Positions 1 to 12,769 of a DNA stretch of 64,000 nucleotides are shown here, piece after piece (position 1 is the first letter of the stretch; every line of letters starts with the position of its first letter). The translations under genes and the position numbers were made by a program. The notes under the pieces are model-generated. The model had not been told where the DNA came from, searched no databases, and worked only from the letters and a program-made list of their open reading frames with translations. Location of the stretch: NCBI GenBank assembly GCA_964016885.1, contig OZ024742.1, positions 118,544,001 through 118,608,000 of the forward strand, in the 5' to 3' direction. This DNA comes from Eledone cirrhosa. Its lineage: Eukaryota.

Positions 1-512
1 TGATGATAGAAAACACTGTTTAATAGCAAAATAGCGTGTATTTTTTTTTAATACATCCTGGTACGCTGATTTATATACTTCAATAACTTGTTGGAATTGT
101 ATTACTGATATAGCATTGAAGTATTACGCGCTAATGTTTACGATGTGTTTCGAGTTTGAAAAATATTTACCAATAAGGTATAGAAATATTCGTTCTTTGT
201 AGGATATTGACCTAACATTCTGAGTAATGTTAAAATATCACAAAGTGTTATTTTTAGAAGACCTTTACAATGGAAGAAATGTACAAAACATCTAATAAAC
301 TTAAGAGAATGTATTAAAATAGATTCAGTTGAAAACTTAAAATTTAAAAAAAAGCCTAATTAAAATAAATGCATATAATAAAAAGTTAATGAACTGCATG
401 AAACATTTATCAATTTGAAGGGTATGTGTGTGAGAGTTTTGTTTTGTTTTGTTTTTAGCAGATTCATTTCACCGAATATAGTACAAGGTTTTAAAAAATA
501 GTAATAGTCTTT

Positions 513-815
513 TTATATAAAAACTAAATCCATTTCTGATTTACTTTTATTATTGAATTCTGTCTCACTTGTTGGCAAATGTTTTTCAAACCTAAAAAGA
601 ATTTTCTTTTCCCACTCTTTGGGCATGTATGTCGTCAGTTTGCGCTCCAACTGTATTAATTCACGTGGGAAATAGGCCGGCACTTCTTCACGCCAACTGG
701 ACGGTTTTAACCAACGAATCAAGGCAATCATAGGAATTCCCAAAATGGAAAGAATAATTATGAGTGTTGCCACGAATAAGCACCAGCCTGGCCAAGTTGA
801 TTTTGATAGACTTCC
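513..815 (-). CDS. SLC6 transporter last coding exon 10
   Basis: GSLSKSTWPGWCLFVATLIIILSILGIPMIALIR...DLVFI*; tag acceptor at 818-816. Exon lengths sum to 2190 nt = 729 aa + stop. Confidence 0.92.
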   Translation of the reverse strand, partial: GSLSKSTWPGWCLFVATLIIILSILGIPMIALIRWLKPSSWREEVPAYFPRELIQLERKLTTYMPKEWEKKILFRFEKHLPTSETEFNNKSKSEMDLVFI

Positions 816-2241
816 CTATAAAACACAAAATTTACAATAATTAGAACATTCAGAAATTTCTATATTTTATTCAATTGTTTTTAATAGTAAAAGGAAATAA
901 TGTGGGAGAGTCAAGTTGCCAATCAATAATTTGGAGAGAAAAAAAAAAACAAACAAAGAGGGAAGGAGTCGATCATTAGACTGAACCAAGGAAACGATGT
1001 TTCCATAAATATTTCCATTGCTGATGCTATCTGCTGGTCGAAAATCCTGTCAGAAAAAGCAATGTGAAACATTTTGGTCAAGAACGCAATGCACAGACCA
1101 GTCCAAGAATTTAACCCAACACTTTATAATCGCGTAACCAACACCCTAACCACTGGACATCGTTCCTTTGAATATGTATTCAATCTGTTAAAATAACAAC
1201 TGGTCGACAATATATAGGTGGTGCCTATTTAGGAAACCTGCTATGCTGGTTTCGAATCCCTTCATGGAGAAAATTTTAGCAATCAGTGAATAAAAAGGAA
1301 ATACGGAACAAAATTTACATTTTAGTTAATCTATATTTTAAGGTTCGTTTGTATTCGAAAATTGCAGATTTAATTAAGTTTATAATTAGAATCAACATTT
1401 TGATAGAAGAAACTGATGTAATAAATATAATTGTTTCTACTTTTGGCACAAGGCCAGCAATTACCCAGTGCATTACTGGTACTTTATTTTATCGAGACCC
1501 CACAAGGATGAGAGGCAAAGTCAACCTCGGCAGGATTTGAACTCAGATCGTAAAGGGACGTAACTAAGCGCCAAAGCATGCCGTCCGACCCTCTACCGAT
1601 ACTGCCAATCGACCGCCTGATGTACTAAAGATAATGTGCTTGTACATGCAATAAATAAAATATTTAGCATTTCGTTGTATAATGAATGGCTTTAGTTAAA
1701 ATACTTATTTCTTACATAGACAATACCTCAAATGGAAGGAAACAGTCGATTATATTGATTGTGGTACTTGACTAGTACGTTACTTTATCGACTCCGGAAG
1801 GATGAAAGGCAAATTTTACTTCCGAATGTAAAAAGCCGGAACAAATGCTGTGATATATTTTATGTGACGCAGATCGATTCTGCCAATCTAATGGGAACGA
1901 TAAATCTTCCATTGAGAATCAAACTAATTTCACCAGAAGTGTACCTTATATTTTAGGTGAACCTCATTAATAGATGTACCTCATTAAATACGTACATGCC
2001 TATTTGTAAGTTTGATTGCCAAGGAAGAAGTAATAATCGTATTTTAATTTAATCTCTTAATGTTTAAGATGAGGAAATGCAAGTCATCCGCAAACTGAGT
2101 TGCTAATTATTTTTAACTTCCAGTTGAAACAATTTCACATCATTAATTCCTTACAGCAATTATTTAACTCTTAACGTAGATTCCTACGCATGAGTTGGTA
2201 ACATTTTAAGAATTACAATATACAAGTAGCAATGTACTTAC

Positions 2242-2404
2242 CGTATCTCTATTCCAAACATCATACTGTTTCTCATCAGTTATAAGATTAATCAGGAGAA
2301 TAATAATAAGAAAAATAATAATGGCAGGACAAAAGAACTTCCAACAAAACATCAGGTAATAATTTGGTCTATGACCCGTCATAACTTCGATGTCATTACT
2401 GAAT
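2242..2404 (-). CDS. SLC6 transporter coding exon 9 (not in ORF track)
   Basis: Manual translation RFSNDIEVMTGHRPNYYLMFCWKF...YDVWNRDT; cag acceptor, gtaagt donor; 163 nt, phase 2->0. Confidence 0.92.
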
Positions 2405-2529
2405 CTGCAAAATAATATTTAAAATATTACTGAACATTACGTGTTAAGAGAAAATAGGTATTATCATTACATTGGAGAATTTACAAAATACGGTTCTGTA
2501 TTTGTTTAATAAGTTCCCACACTGTAGTG

Positions 2530-2870
2530 AAGGCGCATGGCTTAGTGGTTAGAGCGTCGGGCTTACAATTGTGAGGTTATGAGTTCGATTCTTAGACCGG
2601 GCTTTACGCTGTGTTCTTGAGCAAGACACTTTATTTTACGTCGCTCAAGTTCCCTCAGCTGTAGAAATGAGTTGCGACGTCACTGGTGCCAAGTTGTATC
2701 GTCCTTTGCCTTTCCCCTGGACATCGATGGAGAGGAGATCGGTATGCATGGGTGACTGCTGGTCTTCCACAAACAGCCTTGCCCAGACTCGTGTCTCGGG
2801 AGGGGGGGGCGGACTTTCTGTGTGCAAATCCCATGGTCATTCGTGACCGAAGGGGGTCTTTACCCCTTTA
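2530..2870 (+). mobile_element. tRNA-derived SINE family 2 (representative copy)
   Basis: TGGCTTAGTGG A-box, GTTCGATTC B-box, CTTGAGCAAGACACTT core. Related approximate copies: 12020-12260(-), 24898-25195(+), 30897-31105(-), 37780-38070(+), 45555-45825(+), 49275-49487(-), 57325-57535(-). Confidence 0.85.
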
Positions 2871-3454
2871 TAATACTGTGCGTGCGTGCGTGCGCGCGCG
2901 CAAGTCATTGGCTATATAGTTAAATATTTTTTCTTTATGATCTTAAACACCTATGTTTGAAAGAAATACAACTTCAATTGCATTATTTACTCTTCAATGC
3001 TTATTAAGAAGTTTGATAAAGCAGTTTATGGTTTAGCTATGAGACTGACTAAACATATGTGGCTGTAGGCACACCAATTTCCTTTCTTTCCCGTCATCAA
3101 ATATACAAACTATTAATGGGAAAACATGCATTTACAAAACAATGACGTTTATTAATATTTTTAATTAAGTTAAACTAAATTTATATTTATGCATTTATCT
3201 TTTTATTTTTAATAGATACACTGTGGATAAAGCTGTGTTCTAATCTAAAAATGCCAGGAACTATAGGGCCCAAAATCATCATAAAATTTCTTTGAATAAC
3301 AATAGTTCTTTTAGTCATGAAACAAACTCTTATAATTTTCTAATCACTCAACTAAGTTTCCTTAACCATTTTATAATTCTCACAATTCGTACACTTTTTA
3401 TATCAACAGGCACAGCTCAGTTTATTTCATAATTTCTGAAATAAGAAGAAAGAT

Positions 3455-3641
3455 AATTGTTTCTACTTTAGGCACAAGGCCAGCAATTACCCAGTGCATT
3501 ACTGGTACTTTATTTTATCGACCCCGTAAGGATGAAAGGCAAAGTCAACCTCGGCGGGATTTGAACTCAGATTGTAAAGGGACGTAACTATGCTGGAAAG
3601 CATGGCGTCCGACCCTCTACCGATACTGCCAATCCACCGCC
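3455..3641 (-). mobile_element. tRNA-derived SINE family 1 (representative copy)
   Basis: A/B-box head, core TTTCATCCTTACGGGGTCGATAAAATAAAGTACCAG, tail TTGTGCCTAAAGTAGAAACAATT. Other approximate copies: 1429-1618(-), 16750-16900(-), 17400-17490(-), 20785-21105(+, two tandem), 37280-37460(-), 38300-38550(+), 41265-41415(+), 41753-41968(+), 42040-42180(-), 44020-44200(+), 47338-47408(-). Confidence 0.85.
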
Positions 3642-3870
3642 CTAATAAGGAGAAAGATAATGTTAGGTCGAAGCCTAAATTATGTACAGAATGTTATTTT
3701 CGCTATGCTAGAAAAATTGACCATCCTTAGCATCATGTCTGCATCCACCCTCCACACTCAGATACACATAGTTGCCAACGGCTATTCCTAGTTCAGGGAT
3801 AAAAAAAAAACCTCTAAAATACTAGGGCATCTATTTGCATAGTGTAAAAGAAAATGTCTTAAAGCCGTAC

Positions 3871-4030
3871 CTGTATAACCCATATATGTAAGATATCGTT
3901 ACGATTTCTGCAAATACTATGATCAATAACGGGAGTCCAGAAACGTACTCATCAAACAACACAAACATGTAAGGTCCTGCTTGATTGGCAAATATGAATG
4001 ACAGCATAAAAGATATCAGACAGAGACAAG
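3871..4030 (-). CDS. SLC6 transporter coding exon 8
   Basis: ACLCLISF...QAGPYMFVLFDEYVSGLPLLIIVFAEIVTISYIYGLY; 160 nt, phase 1->2. Confidence 0.93.
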
Positions 4031-4483
4031 CTGTAAAATAAAAAGGAAAAACAGTGTTAATAGAAACATATCTACACAACAATCGCTATTGTTAGATAAT
4101 TTATATCAATTACGTTTGTTTTTTGTTTGTTTTTTTGGCAAGAGTCGTGTTTGTTAGTAAAGGAAAGATATGCGAGTTGATAACACATTGGATTTTGGGG
4201 TCGGAACAATTTATTCTACATCATCTCATTTTACTTAACTGCCAGGAAGAGGTACCAGATCGTTTAAGAAGGTTCAACTTCAGACAGGAGTCTGACAACC
4301 CCGTTGATCCACCTAAACAGTTTATGGTTCTGATTTCAGGAGGTCTTTCATAGTATTGTGCAACAGTTCGTTCTGTTCAACTCACAATGTCATGGCATTT
4401 ACCTCCTTGTGAACAGCTTATACTAACATGTATTTCCATCTTTATTTTGACATACATACATACATACATACATACATACATAC

Positions 4484-4660
4484 AGAAAGGGGGAAAGAGA
4501 GGGGGAGAAAAAGAGAAAGAGAGGGGGAGAAAGAGCAAGAGAGCAAGCAAGCAAGAGAGCAAGCAAGCAAGCGAGAAAGAGGGAGAAAGAGAAAGAGGGA
4601 TAGAGAGACAAAGAGAGAAAGAGAGAGAGGGATAGAGAGACAAAGAGAGAGAGACAAAGA

Positions 4661-4704
<44 letters not shown>

Positions 4705-4737
4705 TAGAGAGAGAGGGATAGAGAGAGAGGGAGGGAT

Positions 4738-4780
<43 letters not shown>

Positions 4781-4953
4781 AAGAGAGAGAAAGAGAGAAA
4801 GAAAGAAAGAAAAAGAAAGAATGGGAGAGGGAAAGAGAGGAAAAGAGAGAGGAAAGAGGAAAAAAGATGGCAAGAGAGGGAAAGAGAGAGGGAAAGAGAG
4901 AGGGAAAGAGAGAGGGAAAGGAAAAGAGAGGTAAAGAGAGGGAAAGAGAAAGA
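4484..4953. repeat. Polypurine (GA-rich) low-complexity tract
   Basis: About 470 nt almost entirely G/A on the plus strand, preceded by (CATA)n. Confidence 0.95.
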
Positions 4954-7838
4954 GTTTCTATAATCAAAGACTTGTCTACTCCACCCCATCCCATTAACCT
5001 GTTCATTGATGCCTATAGTCATTGGTAAAATGTTTAATGTGACAAGACAACCAAAATACAACAAATCTATTTATATTCAAAAACTATCTCTGGTCCATTC
5101 TTTTTCTGAATATCTTCATTCGAATTATAATTCTCGATTACACACGTTACATTTTCTATTGTATTGCTCTGTTTTTAATGATTCAAAACACTTCGATACT
5201 ACTTTGAACCGATAGTGCTGAATTGTGTAAACATTTCAATATTAGTAATTGTATATCCAAGACAATTCTACATTGCACCGGGGTTCACTAACCTCAAAAC
5301 AATATAATAACATCATACCCAAGGTAAAGAAAAGAATAGAATACAATACACATACACATACACGATAAACGGCAATTTTTGTTAATCTCGTGAAACCATG
5401 TTGAAATTAAACACGAAAATCAAGAGCCATGGAGTAGTCAGTTGCTTTTTGAAGCCTTACAGATATTTCATCATCTATGGAGCAGAAACGGTTGAGTGTG
5501 TTGCTCGAGTAGACAAACCTTTGTACTACTTTTTACTCTGTTCCTCCAACTAAGATACATAGTTTCACATGTTTCCTGGAGCAGGCTGGAATGTTACAAT
5601 GGTCTTGTCAAGGCTAATGCCGTGACCAAATGCCCTACAAGATGCAGAAATATAATCCATGAAAGTTTGCTTATCTTCAACAGTATGTGTAACTAAGTCG
5701 CAATCATCTACATAAAGATGACGAGTAAAAGATTGAAAGACTTGGCCGCAAAACACCGCAAATTGAAGAGACGTCCGAAAGATCGATACCTCTCGTTAGT
5801 ACCAGAAGAGCAATCATTGGAAGATTCGTTCAATGAAAGTAATAACAAAATACAAAGAAAAGATGTGTGGCAAGGATATCACCTTGTTTGACAATATTTT
5901 CTTTCTAATTTTGGACAACAGCACTATATCTAGATTACATAAAAAGGTATTTGAATTTTTTTTTATACGATTGCCAACAAAGCGTAAGAGCTCAGCACAG
6001 ATTCCTCTTCTAAATTCATTTTACTGTCGTTGCTCCATCATCTCTTAAGTTTGCAAAGTCCATCTACTTTATTCAGGTTTATCATTTATTAGCCATATAA
6101 AGGATTATCCTGTCATCGTTCTAGTATGACATTCAGTAATCTCATTTTCTGCATAGTTTTTTGTTGTTTCTTTTAGCAAATTTGTTTCCCCAGTCTTTTT
6201 ACAACTTATTACCCCTATTTTATATTTATCTTCCTTGAGCATGAAACTTTTTAGTGGATATATTTTGTAGTCTTTCAGTAAATAAGCCCCAATCTCATAT
6301 TACTGATAAATGTTTTTCAGTGTCGGATTTTGGATGGTGTATTTAAAATATACCTAATTCACTTAATTTCCAGTTGGGAATATTACAGGTACAACATATT
6401 ACTAATGTGTAGCTACTGTCTAGCTAGTGTATTAATGTATATTAAAAGGTTAGTGTATGGATACCTATTACCTTTTTTTTTATTTAGTACCGTTTTAAGT
6501 GTTAATCTAATGTATCTAATATTTTTCCTAACCCTTTTCTTTAATTAGTGTGCTTACTTTCTAGTTAATTAGTTCCTGGGCTTGACCTGATTTTCTTATG
6601 CCGGTTTCTATAGTAACATGATATTGTTGGTGTCTTAATGTTCCTCTCATCAAGATTGCCTTTGCTCATTTTTCTAAACTGAATTTCATAATTCCTCTAA
6701 TGAATCCGTGTACTTTTTTAACAGTGTTTCTAGTTGGCTATCATCTGCAGCATATAATTGGATGTCATCCAAAGTATATTTACTATTTCTCTATTAGCAT
6801 TTGTATCCTTGTGCAATCTACTTTAATATTTATCTTTTAACGGAGTAGGGCCCGTTTTCATAATTCACTCTTGTTTCTATCTGCAGAATTGTTTGCTATT
6901 TATTCACAACATATTTGATGTACCTCTTTATTATTGGTGCGAGCTACCTTATTCATAGCGAATGTTACCGGAATCCACATGACTATAAACAGCAATTACT
7001 GAACAACAAAGACACAGTCGATGGCTGCAGGAGGGAAAAAAAAAATAATAATAATAAAAATAAAGTCTCCTGGTATTAATCCATGACATTCTCAGACATT
7101 TCTTCTACATTCTTTGACTATGTTGCTCAGTAATTGTTATTTGTAGTCATTTGCATCACTGTTCTTCTAGAAGAGCCTTTTTTTTCGAGTAATTATTTTT
7201 ATGCTCTGATAATTGCTGTTTTATAAACTATAGGTAGGCAAGTCTGTAGTTAGGGGGTTGTTATTTCTTGCTTGTCTGATTTCTTCAAAAGGTCATAAAA
7301 TATTCTAGCCATTACTATAAATATTTTATCCAGAAGTTTGTATGTTTATCACTTCCTGTTCACTTCAATAGCGCCCGTGCTATTTCTTGAATTGATGTAG
7401 CTTCCTACATGATGATCCTTTCGCTATTCAACTCACCACAAATTACTTTATAGCTATTGATTTTTGTTTTCTTATTTTTACTTTTTCCTATTGATAAAAT
7501 CTTGAATTGTAATCTGTTCAAAATATAGTGGTTGCTTTCCCTTTTTGAAAATTTACCGAGAATCAGACTTTGTGATTCCGGTTACTTTTTTGTGCTGCGT
7601 TTCTATAAGTCTTTCAAGTCTCTTGGTTATTGGTTTCACTAAAAACGATAGATCCTGTTTTATTTTCTATTTTTCGTTGTATTTTTATTTTCCATTCCTA
7701 GTTTATAATCAAGTTCTAAATATGGAATGCCAACGAAAAGGGCGCAAGGATCATATTAGACATGCCTTTGATTATAGATCCACACAATCAAGGTTGACTT
7801 GGAGCTAAAAAGCAACAAAACTTATATAACCAACTTAC

Positions 7839-8046
7839 CTGATAAGACAGCAGGGTATTTACGGAGATCAGGTACAATATCCAAGTCAAGAATGGGAGTT
7901 ACAACCCCTTCAAGGGTGGCAAACATACTGTCAAGTCCAATGGTCAGTAACATGAGGAAAAATAAAACGGACCATATTGGTGGCACAGAGAACTGATTGA
8001 TAGCCTCCGTAAAAGCAATGAATGTTAAGCCTGTACCAGATGCTGA
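7839..8046 (-). CDS. SLC6 transporter coding exon 7
   Basis: [54 protein letters not shown]; 208 nt, phase 0->1. Confidence 0.95.
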
Positions 8047-8084
8047 CTGAAATATACATAAATATATTAGCAAACGAAACTAAC

Positions 8085-8126
<42 letters not shown>

Positions 8127-8412
8127 CATTAGTAGTCATTTAACAATCTATTTCATATAGAAACTTCATTTAACTTTACACAATTACAAAAATGGTAACG
8201 TTCATCAAAATATAGTTTAATCAGTTTCAAAACCCCAATTCAGCAGAACATTTAAAAATCATAAAAATGAGCCGGCTTCTATACAATAGGCACGTTCCTA
8301 AACATTTCATGCTGAACACTTCTGTTTGCATAAAAAATAAAGATGCATAAAAATTGTTTTTAACAAAGCAAAATTACTAAGATACAATGTAACAAATGAA
8401 AGACAATTTTAC

Positions 8413-8609
8413 CTTCATAATTTCTTCTTTAAAACTGCATGTTGTAATATTAGGCATGACTACTGAAGTAACTTCACCGTGTATTGAAGAGCTAATATTG
8501 ACAAGTGTTCCGGCAGGTGGTGGAATCACACTTGTGTCGTTGAATAATGCCATTAATTCGTGGTTACGGATTTTTTGACATACTTCAAGGCGTTTAGTAG
8601 CTTTGAAAC
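8413..8609 (-). CDS. SLC6 transporter coding exon 6 (extended extracellular loop 4)
   Basis: GFKATKRLEVC...CSFKEEIMK; the long EL4 with two Cys is typical of the SLC6A15-20 group; aag acceptor, gtaaaa donor; 197 nt, phase 1->0. Confidence 0.9.
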
Positions 8610-8944
8610 CTTTGTAAACACGAAACAATATCAAAATATATACATTGATGTCAAACATTACATTGCATATAATTTATAGATTTATTATACTCCAATCTTT
8701 ATTGAATTTGTATCTATCAAGACAACTCCTCTATTCATGTGCGTGGCACCAGAAATGACTGCACAGGTGGGAGTGGGGATACTTACAAACCCTGGCTGTC
8801 AAAAAGTATTATGGATTGAATCCCATTAGGAGGGAAGATTTGCCTCATGAAGCTTAGACTGAAAGATAGGTCTCTGTGGGTGGTGCAACTTTATGCACCA
8901 AACAAGGAGTCCGAATACAGGTTCTTCATTGATGAAGTCACTGC

Positions 8945-9140
8945 AGTATAACCTGACGGAAGACATCAATGCGCATGTTGGTGGCACTGACCACCTGACG
9001 TGGAAAAGAGTGATTGGAAAGAATGGTGACTCCGATGTAAATACGAATGGAGAGGCCTTACTAGACTTCTGTTCTAGCAATGGACTATTATGAACACCTT
9101 CTGGCACAGAGACATCCATAAATATACATGGTATAACTGT
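8945..9140 (+). mobile_element. LINE APE-endonuclease fragment
   Basis: EDINAHVG..WKRVIGKNG..NTNGEALLDFCSSNGL. Confidence 0.7.
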
Positions 9141-9708
9141 TTTGTAGGGTGATTATCATGATTCGGGTTGCTGCTGCAGATTTGACTTTTAATATGAAGT
9201 CTCAAAAGAGACACCCACAAAATTACCTAATCAAGACACCTCAAATTTTAAGAGAAACACTTATTAAACTGTTAGAGTACTACTGCAAGGTATTAATTTA
9301 TAGTGACATAAATGGCGATTATGTTTCACTTCTAATTTGGAGCAACGATGCCATTAGGAAACATACATGGATCTTCTAAGATCTCTATGTAAGAAATCAA
9401 AATTATATTACACTTAATTCACGCGTAATTCATTATGTATTATCTGAACACGCATCTGAACACGCATCTGAACACGCATTTGGGGAGGGTCATGTGCTAA
9501 TATTGCCAGAAAAATATTGTAAAACAGTGTTTAGTTTGGTTTTCGTTTCAGTATATTTCTATATTTCTATAAATAATTTAGCTGGCAATCATTGTTTATC
9601 ATTTATTGGCCAACAATTAAACATTTTTAGGACGTTTTATGTATAAACAAAACAAATACATCGCCGCTATAAATACGTAATATTCTCAAAAACGTTCAAG
9701 TAACTTAC

Positions 9709-9910
9709 CTAATATGCTGAACACAACAATACCAGCAAAGACAGATGTACAGCAGTTTGTGAGGGCAATAAATATCGCATCCCTATGGCAGTTATTTCTT
9801 GTTGGGTTGTATGAAGATAAAGCTATAAGACTTCCGAATCCCAAACCAAGTGAATAGAATATTTGACTAGCTGCGTCTACCCACACTTGAGGGTCAGACA
9901 ACCGGGAAAA
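9709..9910 (-). CDS. SLC6 transporter coding exon 5
   Basis: [35 protein letters not shown]...VVFSIL (TM6-7); 202 nt, phase 0->1. Confidence 0.95.
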
Positions 9911-10149
9911 CTGTTATTTAAAGAAATGAACATAGGTATTTTAGGACGTTTTGTGTGTCACAAATATATGAATAAGCAAGCAGATGAATAAAGCTGAATG
10001 TTTTATTTGCAATGATCGCAAAACTGAAATGCTATAGATTTTATACAGGAATTGATAATGTTATGACAGCCGAAGATGATTGATGAATATACCGGCTAAA
10101 ATATATGTAGTTATTCATATTGAATTCAGTTTTGTATGGTTAGAACTGA

Positions 10150-10810
10150 AAGTGTTTCCTATGGCAGTCTCCACAAGCGAATGTGGAACGAGATGGACAT
10201 GAAACCGGAGACGAAGTGTGCAGTATACAGAATATTGGTCCTGGATGCATTGCTGTATGGATGCGAGTCGTGGACTACAGTAGGCATGTCAAGCTACAAG
10301 ATCAGTTTCACCAGCGCTGCCTCCGACGTATCTTAAACACCGAATGGTACCACAGGATCTCAAATGTGAAGGAACTTTTGCAAGCCCAGATGCCAAGCAT
10401 AGATGCACTGCTAATATAGTCTCAGCTAAGATGGTCTGGACACCTTGTGCGCACACAGGATAGCAGGTCCCAAATCAATTCTACGGTAAACTGACAGGCT
10501 GTCCACTTGGTCGATAGCCCTCTAAGCTTCGCTACAGACACCCTGAAAATATCTTTCCTGAAATGTGACTGATGCAGAACAATGGGAAATTATGGCCACA
10601 AACAGGTGTGAATAGAGGCAAGTTATTCACAAGGGAACAGAAGTTTATAAAAATGAAAGAAAAAGCAGCCAACATTGAAGGCCAGAACCAATTCTGCAGA
10701 GCGTTCCATTCAGTGTCCAGTAGGAAGCCGCTCGTGTGCATGAAATTTGGGCCTGAGGTCCCACACGAGGGCACACAAATGAATGAAGTGCTAGACTGGA
10801 CTTTATTAGA
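10150..10810 (+). mobile_element. RTE-like LINE 3' fragment in SLC6 intron
   Basis: TKCAVYRILVLDALLYGCESWTT..FHQRCLRRILN..QLRWSGHLVR; decayed. Confidence 0.8.
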
Positions 10811-12658
10811 ATAGTCGACCATCAACAAGAACTGAAAGCATGCTGGGGTGCAAATGTTTGTTTTATAGATTATAGCTCAGATGCTTTTTTTTGTTTTTTG
10901 TAGAACTTCATAGATCCTCCGAGACTAGATTGATGCCATTAATATTCCACTTAAACTGCTGAAAGTCTTTAGTGAGGGAAGATATGAGCAGAGAGAGATC
11001 CTAAGGGTGGTTGTTCTGGGCAGGAAAGATTGGGTGTAATTATTAGTGCGCACAACATTCGTGATTATAGAAGAAATGAATGAGTCGAGTCAAACGCGAG
11101 AAAGAAATGCAAGAGGAGTTGACAGCATGACAGTGCTCCAGAAGCTGGTGAGTGTCTAGGAATTATTTAAACGCCTTTTAACCAAGAAAAAGTTTCTTAG
11201 TTTGCAATTTAGGATGTCAGTGTGGTAAAATAATTATCGCCCCAGGCGTGGAGACAGTACTCCATTTAGTATTTTGCCTGAATTTTGTAAAGGATCGGTA
11301 ATTGTATGGGGAAGTGGAAAAAGGTCAGTCTTTAATGAGATCAAAGTTGTATAGAATTCATCCGATTCTAGGTGATTGGGGTACCTAGCATTTAGAGAGA
11401 TAACAAGAACTACTTGCGTGCTGCTCACGCTTAAAAAAGGGTAAGATACTGTGATGTTTTCTTGGAATGAGCACTGCTTTTTTTGTTGTTTTTGTTACTA
11501 AAAAGTCTGTTTCAATACCGGAGGCATTGATATGAGATGTGTGCGAAAGACACGAAGACTTGTGTTCACTGAAGTCACCAAAGACTATGAATAGAAGTAC
11601 ATGTCCTCAATACAGAAAGAGATATGGCCATAGGTTCGAAAGTTTGGCACTTGCAAAAGCTGAAGGAGAGAAATTGGGCTAAAGCGAGTTTGAAATCTAT
11701 GAATGCGCAGGTAACAACTTTGAGAGAGACATCGGTGTAAAGAGTGTAGTCTAAACAGCAGAAATGGACTATAAACAAAGATTTAAAAATTGGCTTCGAT
11801 GAGGAATAGGATGTGTGATGATGCATAGGGTCTAAGATGGAACGAAGAGAAAGAATTGTCCAGCAGGTTTCTTTGTTGTTGTTGTTGTTTGTATCTTTGG
11901 GATGTTAAAAAAGAAAGAGGTGGAAGGAAAAGAGATAATGAGAATAGAATGTGATGAGAGGAGAAACAGTGATTGTGTTCAGTATCATTAACTGTCGGTA
12001 TCCGTCTTTACATAGATCTTGTTATAGCACCTCCATTGTTTCCTTGGAACTGCTTGCTCGCGGAAATGACCCGTAGGTAACGGAGCAGTCCACATGCATC
12101 CTTAACGTAGTTCTTAGGTGGGGGTTCAGCGTGACACTGTGTGACAATGCTGGTGCAGCTCATTTTTGTCAGCTTAATGAACTGGAGCAACAGGAAACCG
12201 AACTCGTGACCTTACGATCATGAGCTGAACACCCTAACCAAAAAGCTATGCGCTTTCACTTACATAGATCACAATCTACATATAGAATTTGTGAAAGCAG
12301 GTATTTCTTTTGCCTTCAAAATTGTGAATTATGTGCGAAAGGGCGTGGATTTAGAATAGTAAATTCTAATTTAGGCATAGGGCCAGCAAGGAGAGAAGAG
12401 AGACGTTTATACTAACCCACTAATTTACTGGTACTTTATTTTATCGACCCCGAAAGGATGAAAATATCGTAAACCATTTACCCAGCGCTTTTATATATAG
12501 ATTATTTCCAATTTAGGCGCAAGTCCAGTAATAAAATGGAAAGTCGATTATATCAATCCCAGTACTTCGCTGGTACTTTATTTATCGACCCCGCAGGAGT
12601 TGAGCTTGGAAGATAAGCCCATCCCTTTTATATATAATAAAAATAATACCAACTTTAC

Positions 12659-12769
12659 CTCCGGAACAAATAAGTGGGCGAGTCCATTCTGAAAACCAGG
12701 AAGTGTAACTCCTCGGAAGAAAAAGATGATTAGAACTATGTACGGAAAGATGGCAGTTACGTAGACAAC
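12659..12769 (-). CDS. SLC6 transporter coding exon 4 (not in ORF track)
   Basis: Manual translation VVYVTAIFPYIVLIIFFFRGVTLPGFQNGLAHLFVPE; tag acceptor, gtaaag donor; 111 nt. Confidence 0.93.

Noticed and set aside
2530-2600. tRNA gene
   Set aside because: A/B boxes belong to a SINE head; the cloverleaf is incomplete and a SINE body follows
4377-5064. 209-213 aa Ser/Leu-rich ORFs
   Set aside because: Antisense reading of a GA-rich tract within an SLC6 intron
5400-7700. Highly decayed LINE-like sequence (also ~10.9-11.9 kb and ~23.0-24.8 kb) and mariner-like remnant ~13.7-14.2 kb
   Set aside because: Only faint motif resemblance; family and boundaries cannot be supported without alignment
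9443-9479. 12-bp x3 repeat (also 18-bp x3 at 53588-53643)
   Set aside because: Simple slippage duplications with no sign of function
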